Positions 40,370 to 56,772 of a stretch of DNA of 64,000 nt are shown here, piece by piece. Each line of letters opens with the position of its first letter. Position 1 is the first letter of the stretch. This DNA is from the human T2T-CHM13v2.0 reference genome, Homo sapiens: NCBI RefSeq assembly GCF_009914755.1, contig NC_060936.1. One strand, given 5' to 3'. The notes below the pieces were generated by a model. That model did not search any database and was not told the DNA's origin. It saw only the letters and a list, made by a program, of their open reading frames with translations. The translations under genes were made by a program, and so were the position numbers.

Positions 40370-40710
40370 GGGTGTTTCCCAAACTACAGTGTGCACAGGC
40401 ATCACCAGGGGATCTCAGCGACGTGCAGATTCTGACTCAGGAGGGCTGGGCTGGGCTGGGCCCGGGGCTCTGCAGGTCTAGTTCCTGCCCTGGCTGATGC
40501 TGACACTGCTGGACTAGGCCCTACTGACATTCTGGATCATTCTGTGTGTTCGGGGCTGTCCTGTGCATCCTGTGCAGTGTAGGATGCTGACAGCACCTTT
40601 GGTCTCCACCCACCAGGTGCCAGTGGCACCCCTGCACCCAGTGTGACAACTAGTAATGCCTCCAAACATCGCCAAAGGTACCGGGTGAGAAGCACAGGCT
40701 GGAGCACTCT
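40370..40710. mobile_element. MER5-like DNA transposon with a MER20-like segment (40518-40680) inside it
   Basis: gtgtttcccaaact...gcagattctgactcag...gctgatgctg; then actgacattctgg...ggggctgtcctgtgcat...gtgtgacaac...cctccaaacatcgccaaa. Confidence 0.65.
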
Positions 40711-41986
40711 AGAGACCAGAGCCCAGCCCCTTTCCCGCCTCCTCCTTTGAACCAACAGCAATGGTCATCTGTGCATGAGGCCTTCTGCAGGGGCAGCAGT
40801 GGAGGGAACTAGAGGACGACGCCACGGGCCCCAGAAGGCGCTTACGCTGTCAGCTCTTCTGCCTTCTGCTGTCCGCACCTTTTGCTGTTTCACTCCCAGC
40901 ACGAGGCACCACGTTCCTCCCTCTCTCTCTGCCCCAGTCTTGCCCTCAGAGGCCAGCTCCACACCACATCCTCCTGAGTCCTCCCCTGACTCAGGCCCCC
41001 TGGGCCCCACGGCTGGCTCTCAGGAAGAGCGAAGGGGAGGTTGTTCAGGGTATTTTACCCCTGGGCCGCATGCTCCTGGAGGGCAGTGGTGTGCCTGTTG
41101 CTTGTTGGCTCTGTGAAGCCTCACTGAGGAGATGAAATGGCCTGTCCCGTGCAATGCTATGGGACCGCAGGGTTGCTGCTTTGAAGGTGAAGTAGACCTG
41201 CTCCTCACTCCCGGCGAAACCCCCCTCCCAGAAGGAAAGGAGCTGCTCAGGACCCGTCAAAGCGCCATGTCTCTGGGAGGAGTGGCCACAGTCAAGGGCC
41301 TGAGGTCACTTTCTAGACACCCAGGACAGCTCCTGGGGTGCAGACCTGCTCCCCCAGCTCTCTACCTGCCCCCAGGCTCTGGCCTTGCCCACACTGATGC
41401 CACAGAAGCCAGGGCTGGGGCAGGAACCAGCAGAGCAGGCTTTGGGCCAGGTGTGGCTCCAGCCTCATGGGCCGGCCGCGAGGCAGAGGAAGCCCTCCCT
41501 GGGCTAGCCTGGCTCACTGGGGCCTGCATGGGGTCCCCTGAGCGCAGCTTGGCCCGGCTCTCTTGTTGGTTCATGCTGCCGCAGGCCCTCTCGGGGACAG
41601 GAAACTGGCTGAGAGAGGGCCTGAAGCCTGGCTCCCTGGTCAGTCACCACCGAGAGGCCTCCCCTGAGCACCCAGCCTCTAAGAACGCCCTTTGCCCCCG
41701 CAATGCCACTTTGCACTTAGGTTTTTCTTCCTGGTTTTTACAGCAGCCTCTCCCAATAAGATCTAAATCTTATCGGGACAGGCACAGGGCCCACCTTGTT
41801 CACCACTGCCTCCCCTGTGCCCGGCGTGGTGCCTGGCACAGAGCAGATGTTCATAAACACTAAGGGAATGAAGGAGGGGGTGCGGGAATGCTGCCCCACA
41901 CTGCTTCCCGGACCGCTGCACCGCTGCTACTTCCCACAGATGAGCCTCGGCTTTCAGAGAGGAACCCCCAGGTTCCACGCGAGTAC

Positions 41987-42046
41987 CTGTTTAAGAACTT
42001 GGCCACGTTCGCATCGGTCTCTCCCATCTGGACAAGAGGCACCACA
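41987..42046 (-). CDS. MMAB: MMAB exon 8 (VVPLVQMGETDANVAKFLNR)
   Basis: ttctag|T, AG|gtact; 60 nt. Confidence 0.96.
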
Positions 42047-43824
42047 CTAGAAAGGGAGGAGACACTGAGTCACGTGACATTATGGGGCTCAACAGGCTCT
42101 GACCTGGGCCTAAACCTTGAGCAGCATTTCACATCCTGCCACCGCTCAACCTGAACCTGCACAGGCTCGGCCGGCAGTGGAGATGACAAATCCATCACAG
42201 GTGGGTTTAAACAGGCCATCGGCCCCCTTTCCACCAGCACATCGCAGGACGGCCTGGCCAAGGAGGGATCAAGGATGGCTGGTGAGTTGAGGGAGCCACC
42301 TGGCCTACACCACACCCCAGCCAGCCAGCTTTTGTACCACTGGACCTGGGTCTGGGTGGGGTGAAGTTGGGGTGGTCTGCCTCTAGCCTTCAAAGGAAGT
42401 GGGGGCCTGACCCTTAATTCCCAATGGGCTAAACTCTAAGCCCCTTGTACATCATGACTTAGAACAACTTCACAGGGGAGAAAAAGACCCAGGCAGACCA
42501 AGCTCCTGATTCCGCAGGATTCTGGATTCCTGGGGTCCATGCCAGTCTATTTGCAGATACATTAGACACTGGACGGCCATCTGCTGGGCACCAGTGTGGT
42601 GGCGGGCCCTTGCCGAGCCTTTCCCAGGTATCACCCTGTGGCATACCCCTTGTTGGCAAGCCAGCTACCCAAAGCCCAGCCTCAGGGTTCTCATCCCCAC
42701 CCAAAGCCATGCACCCGGCTAGCGGCCCAGCAGGGTGTGCACCCAGGCCTGTCACAGAGCTCCAGGCTGTCTCTAGTGGGCACCGCATGCTCAGCGAGGA
42801 GCTTCCTCACCCGAGGTGCCCCAGGTGTGTGTCCCCACCTCAGGACAATCTGCACCTTGCCACTGCCATGGCTGCGTAACTCTCTGCTGCATGGAGGACC
42901 TATCAGCTGCTCCGCCATGCCTGTTTTCGGGGCCTTTGGGTTGTTTCCAGTTTCTTGCTATTATGAGCACTGCTGATGGATGGCTTTGTACAAATGACAG
43001 TTTTTTCTTTTGAAGCCAAAGCTTGTTCTGTTACCTGGGATCTCTAAGGAGCTATCTGGGCCCAAGAGCCTTTCATAAAGAACAAAACCTTAGTGGTGTG
43101 GGACCGTGGAAGAGCTCAGGCTTGGCCCAGACAGACGTGGACTCCAATCTGGATTCTGCTATCAACCATGTGGGGGACCGTGGCCATGGTGTCATTTCTC
43201 TGAGCCACAGCTTCCTGACTCCTGTAAAACAGAGGCCACCACCACCTCTCTCCCAGGGCTATCAACAAGGAGTAAATGAAATTATGAACATAAAGTGCCA
43301 GTCCATTGGATCAAAGTAGGGCTTGCTTTCTCTTCTCTGTAAAGCTGGCTGGCAGCCTGGTCTCTGAGTGGTGTAGATAGAGACTTTGCTCATTTTCTTC
43401 TAAAGATTCCTTGAAAAGGCTGTCAGTAGCTTTGGAGGAGGTGGTGGCTAGTCTGCTGACAACGTCCACCTGGGCTCCCCACAGCCATGCAGGCCTTTCA
43501 GGAGCCTTATGCACCCAGCAGCCAGCAGGGTCCTTTCATGTCTACCCCTGTCCCCAAGATGGCTGAGGCTGAGAACCCAGCAATAACTTCCTGCTGTTCT
43601 CAGAATACAGGGCTCACAAACAAGGTGCAATTGTGTTGTCTGATAGTCTATTTGGTCACATGTCACTGTCTCCACTCCACAACATGGTGCTCTGAGGACA
43701 GGGACTTGGTCTGTCCTGGTCCCCGTCTGGCACAGTGGAGGGGCCCAGACAAGGTCTGTTGATGTGTGGCTGGATGGCTCAGAGATGGCCCTGCTGTACC
43801 TGCCTCCTGCCCGCTGTGCAGAGG

Positions 43825-43926
43825 CCCCTCTCCCTCTCCCCATCTCCGTCCTCCTCTCCCTCTCCCTCCCCCCTCCCCCTTGTTCCTCTCCCTCTCCCTT
43901 GGGCCCCCTCCCTCTCTCCAGCCCTC
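43825..43926 (-). repeat. G/A-rich low-complexity tract directly after the MMAB exon 7 donor
   Basis: C/T-rich on +, multiple GGG(A) runs on -. Confidence 0.9.
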
Positions 43927-43930
43927 TTAC

Positions 43931-43995
43931 CGTCTCTCGGCCCGGCGGCACACGGCCCGGCAGAAATGCAGCGCCGAGCTGATCTTGCCTCCCGA
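43931..43995 (-). CDS. MMAB: MMAB exon 7 ([22 protein letters not shown])
   Basis: tttcag|TCG, CG|gtaag; 65 nt; catalytic R-V-RRAER motif intact. Confidence 0.97.
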
Positions 43996-44292
43996 CTGAA
44001 AGGAGAAAGGGACATTGCCTGAGCAGGGTGGGAAAGGTGTGCCCACTGCGGACAGGAGCTCCTCTGAAGTCCAGCCCTGCCCCCCAAACCGGGCAGTGTT
44101 CTGCCTCCAGGAGCCCTGCCACGGCACACCCACCGGGCACGCTGCTCCAGAGTGGGCAGGGCTGGGAGGGACCGGTGAGGACCTGGAGGGACTTGGGGAA
44201 CTGGAGGACAGCGTCTGTCACTGTGAAAAGAGGGATTTATTCAGAGCCCATGTGTGTCTGTCACTGAACCTGCCTGCAGCCGCCCCCGGTTA

Positions 44293-44767
<475 letters not shown>

Positions 44768-44863
44768 TCAAGATCTATGTGAGATGGGCTGGACAGAGAC
44801 AATGTGCAGAGGCGCCACCTAATACGCCGGCAAAGCCTGTGCCAGCTAGCTCATGAAGGGCTG

Positions 44864-45261
44864 TGATATGGTTTGGCAATGTGTCCCCATCCAAATCTCA
44901 TGTTAAATTGTGATCCCCAGAGTTGGAGGTGGGGCCTGGTGGGAGGTGACTGGATCATTGGGGTAGTTTTGAATGGTTTAGCCCCAGCCCCCTAGTGCTG
45001 TCTTGTGATAGAGTTCTCATGAGATGTGGTTGTTTGAAAGTGTGTAGCACCTCCCTCTTCACACTCTCTCTCTCCTGTCAGCCATGTGAAGATGTACCTG
45101 CTTCCCCTTTGCCTTCCGCCATGACTGTAGGTTTCCTGAGGCCTCCCCAGAAGCAGAAGCCTGTACAGCCCACAAAACCATGTGCAGATTAAACTTCTTT
45201 TCTTTATAAATTATCCGGTCTCAGGTAGTTCTTTATAGCAGTGCGAGAACAGACTAATACA
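44864..45261 (+). mobile_element. MST-type (MSTB-like) MaLR solo LTR
   Basis: TGATATGGTTTGG...GACTAATACA termini; near-perfect 5-bp TSD GGCTG/GGCTA. Confidence 0.9.
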
Positions 45262-46987
45262 GGCTATCAGACCTTGAATTGGCTGACATTTGAAAGCAAA
45301 CTCTGAACTTTCAGCACAACATCTTCGTTGGACACCCAGCCCTGCTGAGGGGGACCTGGTGTGGCTCTTTTGCAGTCTGAGGGAGGAAAAGGCTCCCATG
45401 GGGGCAGCAGCTGGGTTAAGCAGATGACACGCATCACACACCCAGGGACAGTCAAGAGGAACCGTCTGGGCTCTGTCCACGTCTCCTGTGCACCTAGGCC
45501 CTGTGAGGTTTTCTTCTTTTCTCAACATTTGACAGCTTTGGTTTTCTAACCTGTAACAGTTGGGCCAAGAGGTCAAATGTGACAGTGCTTTCTAAACTCT
45601 AAAGGACAAGGAGCTTGGAGAATGTAGTCAGCCGAGGCGTGTGGGGATTCTGGGAGCAGGAAGCCTGGCTGGGTGAGGCCTGTGCTCTGTCCAGGTGGGG
45701 AGTGGGTTTGCTTGGAACAGAAGTGGTCTGTTAAGGTCTGCTGCAGGACTCCAGGCCCCTGCATGACAAATGTCCAACAGCTCTCATGCATGTGAAGACC
45801 ACAAGTACCACCTCTGACTTTGTGCCCAGCCAGGGTCCACTCAAGCTGGATGGTGGGCTACCAGGAGGGTGAAGGTCTGCGACTTCTGACCTCTCCTAAG
45901 ATGGCCACTGTGACAGCATTCAAGAAGCAGGCCATGGTGTGTGAGAGCAGAGGCTGCCCATCCAGCACTGGGCTGGAACCTTCCCAGGGCTTCTGACCAG
46001 CAGACCTTGGGCAAGCTGCTTCCCTGCTTGGGGTCTCTGCACTTTCACAGTCAAAGCGGGAGTGATAATACTACCCACTTGGTTGGCCACGTGCAGCGTG
46101 TACCCCAAGGGCTGGGGAGAAATGGCACCAGTTTGGGAATCAGATTCCAGCTCTACTGATGCCTGGCTGTGGGGGCTGGGCAAGTCAGCCTTTCTGAGGC
46201 TCAGTTTGGCTCCCTATAAGCTGTGGACATTAACTTCCACCTCACGGGTGTCTGTGAGGGTGAAATGGGTGATATGAGGAGAGCAGTGGCATTGCTGCCC
46301 AGCCTCATCCACAGGCCCTGCGAGCGGCTACCAGGCCAGGCGGGGCTCCCAGGTGAACCAGACACTGTCCCCGCCCTCACAGTGCCAAGGCTGGGTGGGA
46401 GGTGGATGGGTGAACAGGTTAACACCCCTTGTGATGCCTGTGGTTAGAGGATGTGGAAATCCAGGAGCAGTGCCTAACCCAGCTGGAGATTAGGTGGCCA
46501 GGGAAGGCCCTTGAGGAGGTGACGTGACAGCTGCGACCCAACGCGTACAGCAGACAGAAATGACCGCTGCTACCGCGGCTCCTCAGGAGGTTGAAAGCCT
46601 TCCTCCACCACACAGAATGTTCTGGCAGCTGAGGCTTCCTCCTGCAGCCACAGCCTGTGGCAGCCCCACCTACTCCCCTCCGTCTGTTCCCAGGGGCCTG
46701 AGCAGGCTCCAGCCTGGGCTTCAGAACGGAAGTGGGAAGGGCTGACCCTGCGGGGAGCGGTTTCTGGGGACCTGGGTCCATGTGGAGGTGGAAAGTGCGG
46801 CACCCTGGGCATTCTGGGGTGGTGACCCTGTCTCCGTGCTTGAAGTTCTCTGCGTGGGTCAGAGGCCCCCTCCTTCTTAGGGAACAGAACAGTGACACTG
46901 TGACGCATGAGTCCCACGGGCTGAGGGCTCACTGCAGCTAGGCTTCCCAGGTTCCCTCTGCATCGGGCATGAGCGAGGCACTTCACA

Positions 46988-47180
46988 CCGGCTTTCTCAG
47001 CCTCGGTGCTATTGCCATTCAAGGCCGGGTCATTCTTCGTTGACGGGGGCTGTCCCCTGCATTGCAGGATATTTACATGCCAGCAACACCCCCAACACCC
47101 AGATGTGGCAACCAAAAATGTCTCCAGATATTGCTCAGCGGGCCCTGAGGGGCAGAATGGCCCTGGGTTGAGAACCGTTG
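46988..47180 (+). mobile_element. MER20 DNA transposon
   Basis: tttctcagcctcgg...gggggctgtcc...accaaaaatgtctccagatattgc...ggttgagaacc. Confidence 0.85.
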
Positions 47181-47227
47181 CATTTTAAATTCCCTCATTT
47201 AGTACAATCCTCCCCACTCGCCTGTGA

Positions 47228-47858
<631 letters not shown>

Positions 47859-48010
47859 CTGTCTGCATTTTACAGATGAAGAAATGGAGCTCACAGAGGG
47901 AGAGTGACTAGCCCCAGGTGACACAAAGAGTAACTGGTGGCTGGATGCTGAGTCCCGTGATGGCCACCGGGGCTGAAGATTCCCAGCTTGGGTGAGATGG
48001 TGTTACTCAC

Positions 48011-48068
48011 TTTCTGAAGCTCTTCGGCAAATGTATGGCCCTTTTCTGTGACTAATTCCAGAGCAAAC
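48011..48068 (-). CDS. MMAB: MMAB exon 4 (FALELVTEKGHTFAEELQK)
   Basis: tcatag|G, AAA|gtgagt; 58 nt. Confidence 0.96.
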
Positions 48069-49522
48069 CTATGAAGAAAAAGGAAAAAGAATTTGCCTGT
48101 AATGTAATGTCCCTAGGCCCTGTCTTGCCATAAACAATAGATTCTCAGGTGGCAGGCCATTTAGTTAATTTAGCTATAATAGCCATGTTATTTTTCTTGC
48201 TAACAATAAGAACATTATAGCCTTCCATTTGGGGGCGGTGGTATTTGTTTCTTGAAATGCCTTTTCGGATGCTCATTATTTCCAGTCAAGAATTCCTTTT
48301 GAACAGCTACTCTGGCCAGGCCCAGGAGAGTCAGTGGTGAACAGAAGCTGACCCAGGCTCTCTCCAGCAAGTTGGTGACAGGGTGAGCAGTGACAGTCTC
48401 AAGTGCTGGATCCTGAGCTCTGACCCGCAGCCCTGTGGTGATAGGTGAGTGGGAACCAGACAGACCCAGGTGCAAATTCTGCACCGCTGCTGAGTGTCTC
48501 TGGGACTTCAGGCAAAGCTTACACCTTCATGTTCAGGAGCGTGATATTCAGGAGTGTGATAGGTAATCAGATTAGACATACTCCTGAATGTGAAGGTGCA
48601 AACTGAGATCAGTGCTCTGAAGGAAAGAGCAATAGAAGCCTAATCTGACCTTGGCTAGAGAGGCAGGGAGGGCTTCCTGGAGGAGGTGATGCTGGAGGGG
48701 AGACTTTGAAGGCTGGGGAGGACTTCCCTCATAAGGCAGAGAAAGCAAACTGCCCCCCGACACAGGTCAGGACCCTGGCTCTGCCTCCCTCAGAACCCTG
48801 CACTTCCCTCCTGCACCAGTCAGTGCCCCAGCAGGAGACAGTGGCGCGCTGCAGGGATTCCTGGAGGAGGGCTTTGGGAAGGGACAATTCACAGAGGTAT
48901 GGGCAGAGTTTCAGGGAAATGCAGGAGCCTGAAGGGCAAGGGTCGGGGAAGGTACAACTCACCCTGGAGGGAGCTGAATTCTGGAGTCACTCAGCAGGGA
49001 GGGAGTTAGGTAGGGAGCCCAGCTGCCACCAGAGCCATGCACCACTGGGGAACAGGGTCACACACACTCATGAGCTCTCTGCACTCACTCTCCTATCACC
49101 TACTGGTGCCTCCCACTGGCTGGACCTACCTGAATGCCAGAAGACCAACGAATCTAGGTGGCACAGCCACCAGGTGATAAGGTCAGCCTCCCATGCATAA
49201 AGAGAAGGTGAAGAGAAGGGATTTGAAAGGGCCAATGGAGAATATCCAGCCCATCTTCCTGGCACATCTTACAGTTAGAACTAAACACACCAGTATGTGA
49301 TTCCCGTCTGGTGTGTCTTCCCCTCTGGACCAAAGGGAGGGCTGTGCAGGCTGGGACACAGTCTGTCTCCATCATAGCGGATGCCCCATGCCTGCCTCAC
49401 AGGAGGTGTGCAGAAGTACCTGCTTGCCGAGGGATGCCCCGTGACCAGGCCAGTGGCAGGCCCCACCCTGGGCACTTGCCCCAAGCCTGCTCCCACCCTC
49501 GTAGCTGCCCAGTGAGTGCTGC

Positions 49523-49610
49523 CTGCTCCCTGCACTCTGCAGCTCAGGAAGGTGGGGCTGAGGTTCTGCTCCCTGCACTCTGCAGCTCAGGAAGGCGGGG
49601 CTGAGGTTCT
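49523..49610 (+). repeat. 43-bp tandem duplication (1 mismatch)
   Basis: CTGCTCCCTGCACTCTGCAGCTCAGGAAGG(T/C)GGGGCTGAGGTT x2. Confidence 0.96.
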
Positions 49611-49952
49611 CTGTTGAGCAGCGCCTCGCACTGCAGATGCTTGGTCAATATCTGACCAAGGAAGAATCCACAACTGAGGTTTCTCCAACCTCCCGCTCCT
49701 CCTCAACTGAGAGACGATGGCTCGTGTTTTAGAGCTCATTAGAATAGCTGATGCGAGAACTGGCCTTTTCTCCCTTTGCCCACTTGGTCTTGTGTCTGCC
49801 CTCTTCTGGACCCCCTCCCACACACACCAAGGGGTTTGTTTGCCTTCTCTACCCGGCTGGCTGACTATCTGTACCTCCCATTATCTGTCCCGAAAATCTC
49901 ACCTAGTCAGGCCCGCCATGGAGAAATGGTAGCCAGGAACAGGTAAGTGTTA

Positions 49953-50093
<141 letters not shown>

Positions 50094-50500
50094 CTAACAT
50101 TATTTTTACTTGTGCTAGGCACTGTCCTCAGGGTGAAACATGGAATCATCTCATTTAAGCCCCACAAGAACAGTGAGATGGGAATTATCATGATGACTAC
50201 TTGACAGAACCGTAAACTGAGGCTCACAGAGGCCACGTGATTTACCTGACGTCCCAGAGACAATCAGCAGCGGTGCTGAAAATTTGCAGCTGGGTCTGTC
50301 TGGCTCCCATGCACCTATAACCCCAGGGCCCCGGGGTCAGATTTCAGGATCCAGCACCTGAGACTGTTGCTGCTCCCCCTGTCACCAGCCTGTAGGGCAT
50401 GCTGGGCAGACTGTGCTCCTGCTTGCAAATATTTGCTGCCCCTCCTACCCCGCTGATGTCAGGCATGTGCACGTGACAGGCTCTGGCCGCTGAAATGTGA

Positions 50501-50829
<329 letters not shown>

Positions 50830-50863
50830 ATTTTTTTTTCAACTTTTATTTACCAACAAAGTT

Positions 50864-51003
50864 TAGTCTCCATAAAGACTGTCAAAAACTGCCAATGTTG
50901 ACTATATTTCAAGTCATCATGGTGGGGTAGTGGGAAAAGTTTTCAATCAGCAATAATCACATCTTGGGTAAACCTCACTGGCGACAACACTGACACTGCA
51001 CAA
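50864..51003 (-). pseudogene. U4 snRNA pseudogene, near full length (possibly the annotated RNU4-32P; name from memory)
   Basis: Minus strand reads TTGTGCAGTGTCAGTGTTGTCGCCAGTGAGGTTTACCCAAGATGTGATTATTGCTGATTGAAAACTTTTCCCACTACCCCACCATGATGACTTGAAATATAGTCAACATTGGCAGTTTTTGACAGTCTTTATGGAGACT, colinear with U4 and showing CpG decay; Sm site altered; A-rich tail follows. Confidence 0.93.
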
Positions 51004-51660
51004 TCCCCTGGCAGCGTCAGGAGCCAATGTGAGCTTCACCATGACCTCTTTTCCCTCTGCCACAATGACTGATAATTGCCCCAGGCAGCAGCTGTACTAG
51101 CAGCCTGTGTCCCAGAATGAAGGCCGCATGGAGCCAAAGAATATACCCTGTGATGGGCATGAAGTGGGAACAGCAAGTCCATCTTTGGTGTCATAAGTCA
51201 GGAGATTTTGGGGTTGTCTGTGATCACAGCATGACCTGGCCCATCCTGATCTGGTCCATCCTTGAGTCCACCTTCTAAACTTTGGCTTATGTAAAAAACA
51301 ACAGTCACAAAAGGGATCACATTGGATGTACTGTGCATTATACTAACTCACCTCTTTCACTCAGTATACTAACCTCAGTGGCACACACAGGCTCACCTGA
51401 AAAGTGAGGGATGAGAGGGAGGCAGCTTCACATGGCATGGGCCAGAGGCCAGCGCAGGCACAGGCAGGGCCAGAAGGGAAAGGAGTCTGCAGCCCCACAG
51501 CCTTGTGGAGCTGACCAGCCTGTGCTTCAGGGCTGAGGAAAGTTCAATAAGGGCTGACAACCTCCGAGGCTGCTGCCCAGCATGCGTGAGAGCTTCACGT
51601 TCATTACGTTTACTCATACTCGACTCAAACGCAACCTCAAGGCCAATCCTGTCCCCCTTA

Positions 51661-51771
<111 letters not shown>

Positions 51772-51848
51772 TTAGCCACCCAAATTAAGATTCTGTTTTC
51801 CTGATATGCTGTTTTTTTTTTTTTAAACTTTCAAAGATTTTAAAGAAC

Positions 51849-52135
<287 letters not shown>

Positions 52136-52589
52136 CCCTTAAAGAACTTTCAACTTGAAATATAGCATATACACAGAAAAGTGCTCAAATCGTAAGTGTG
52201 CAAGTTGGTGAATTACTACTAACTGAATATACCTCCTTGATCAGCACCTAGCTTCATAAACAGAACATGAGCAACACCCTGAAAGCCCCCATGTAACCCC
52301 TTTTAGTTGCCACTCCCCAAGGGTTAGCCACTATGCTCACTTCTTTCCTGATGTGCTTTTCAACTTAAAAACCACATACTAACCATCCTGATAAAGAAAT
52401 ACAACACGTTCTATATTTTATATCATATATACATTACCATTATATTTCACATGAAGTCAAAGTCCTCTGTGCCTCTGCCTAGCTCACAGTCCCGCCTTTC
52501 TCCCCCAACCTCTGAGAAAGTGAAAACTGCCCCTGACAGTTTGGAGCTGGCTTTCGCTATCGGGCAGGCTTTGGGGTTGCCAGGTGCCG

Positions 52590-53290
<701 letters not shown>

Positions 53291-53476
53291 TTTTAATTGT
53301 GGTAACAGATGATACATAACAGAAATTTTACCATTTTGACCCTTCTTAAGTTTACCATTCAGTGGCACTGAGTATGTCCCGTACATGCTTTTATACTTTT
53401 ACTATACAAGTATATATCCAAAAAACAATACATACTAGTGGTCTGCATGCTTTTGTACTACAAAAAATGGTATACT

Positions 53477-53792
<316 letters not shown>

Positions 53793-54012
53793 TCATAGCA
53801 ACGCATTCTTCTGCATCTTACTTTTTTCTATATAACATGTTCTAGCATTTTAAAAACTATTAAAGTAATATATACTCATTATAAAAAATAATAAAATAGA
53901 ATAAAAGTATGTAAATAGTGAAAGTCCTTCTGTTTGTTCCCCTCTCACAACTTAATCTCTCTCCCAGAACAGTCCCAGGTGTAACCTTTCAGACTATTCT
54001 ACACACACCTGA

Positions 54013-54447
<435 letters not shown>

Positions 54448-54546
54448 TATATTATACTTTAAAGTGGCTGCAAAGAATTTGGAAGAACTTTAAAATGGTG
54501 TATGCCATGAGTATTTCTTTGCATTTTTCACCTGTCCCCACCCTAC

Positions 54547-54608
54547 CTTTGTCTCCCGTTTTGGTGTAAATCTTGGGGATCCTGGGTGTCTTCGAGGAAG
54601 GCTGTGGC
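54547..54608 (-). CDS. MMAB: MMAB exon 2 ([21 protein letters not shown])
   Basis: cattag|G, G|gtagg; 62 nt; PduO-family ATP-binding motif IYTKTGDKG. Confidence 0.97.
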
Positions 54609-55109
54609 CTAATGAGAAATAAACATCAGTATCTGGTGAGTGGGGATGGCTTACACAGAGGGTCAGCTCCTTCAGAGGGTCCCAGCTTGCTGCTTGTAAC
54701 CTCAGAGGCAGCACTTACCCCTTACTGCTTAGATGGTCATCTCTTGTTGATTTCTTTCCCCTAGATCCTTTCTAATAGCAAACATTTTGTGGGCAAGACC
54801 AGAGCTGGATGACAGAGTGTGTAGAGTAGCTGATGTAATGCCTTGCTCGACAAAGATGCTCAATAAATATTTGCTGAAGGACTTGATTGATCCTTTGCCA
54901 TTGTCCCTGCACTGTGCCAAGTAGTTTACAGGCATTATCTTCTGGAATTATCCTGGAATCTTTCCACAACCCCAAAGGTAGCCAACACCTATTCTCTTCA
55001 TTTTACTGAGGAGGAAACTATGGCTCAGATGAGACACCTTCCTAGACCATCCAAGAAGAGGCAGGAGTGGGATGCCCAAAACTGTCCTAGACCAGAGCAC
55101 AAACTGTAA

Positions 55110-55592
<483 letters not shown>

Positions 55593-56244
55593 CTTAACTC
55601 TATCCTACCCAAATTTTTATCTTATACTCCACCAACTCAGGGCCTCTTGCAGGAAAAGAAACCTGAGCCACTTCCATAGTATGAGGCTTCGAGTGTACTC
55701 AGAGATGAAGAATTGCCAAAATACAGCTCAAAAAGTGGCATTTTCAAAAAACAATGTAAACAACTCAAGGACATAGCTCAAAATTAAAATGTGACATTAC
55801 AAGCCCATTCGAAGGTTAATTTCCTGGATCTGTGAACTAAATTAATCCATTATTAATCCACGGTACTCTAGAGGTTCTGAGGTCTGGGTTGAGGTGCAAG
55901 TTTCAAGGAATATGAGGAAAGCCATCTTTAGAAGGTGCTGGTGTATCTGGGACCTGGGGGATAAACTGCTTTGGAGATTGGTCACAATCTGAGTCGAGAG
56001 CCCTCCTGGCCCACATGGGATATGCCCTGCCCTGCCCGATGATAGCGGGACTTCATTGGGACTTAGGCAAAGACTACCTGGTCTCTGGCGCCCACGTGGC
56101 CCACGTTGCCATGGTGACGTCAGAACAGCGTGGAGACGTCACCTGACGGTTGCCGCGGTGACCTCACGGCGGTGTGACGTACCCATGGCGACGACACCAC
56201 GATTCACGGCAGGTGTTCGAGTTGCCCTTCCCGCCAGCCACTCA

Positions 56245-56689
<445 letters not shown>

Positions 56690-56700
<11 letters not shown>

Positions 56701-56772
56701 TTGTGGGAGTTGGGGAGCTGCTCCGGCTTCGGCGCGGAGGGGCGGCGGCCGGGGAGGCGGCGGCGGCGGCAG
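56690..56772 (+). other. MVK: MVK non-coding exon 1 (start approximate)
   Basis: GC-rich segment ending GGCAG|gtgaga, immediately downstream of the CCAAT-box cluster. Confidence 0.8.

Noticed and set aside
41132-41863. 243-aa plus-strand ORF in MMAB intron 8
   Set aside because: Low-information Gly/Ala/Pro/Leu-rich translation of GC-rich intron; no motif or supporting gene structure
43448-44221. 257-aa minus-strand ORF across MMAB exon 7
   Set aside because: Out of frame with MMAB and lengthened by the G/A low-complexity tract
49911-49948. Kozak-like GCCCGCCATGG followed by a consensus CAG|GTAAGT donor on +
   Set aside because: The ORF is only MEKW*; no promoter or upstream acceptor evidence; such motifs occur by chance in 64 kb
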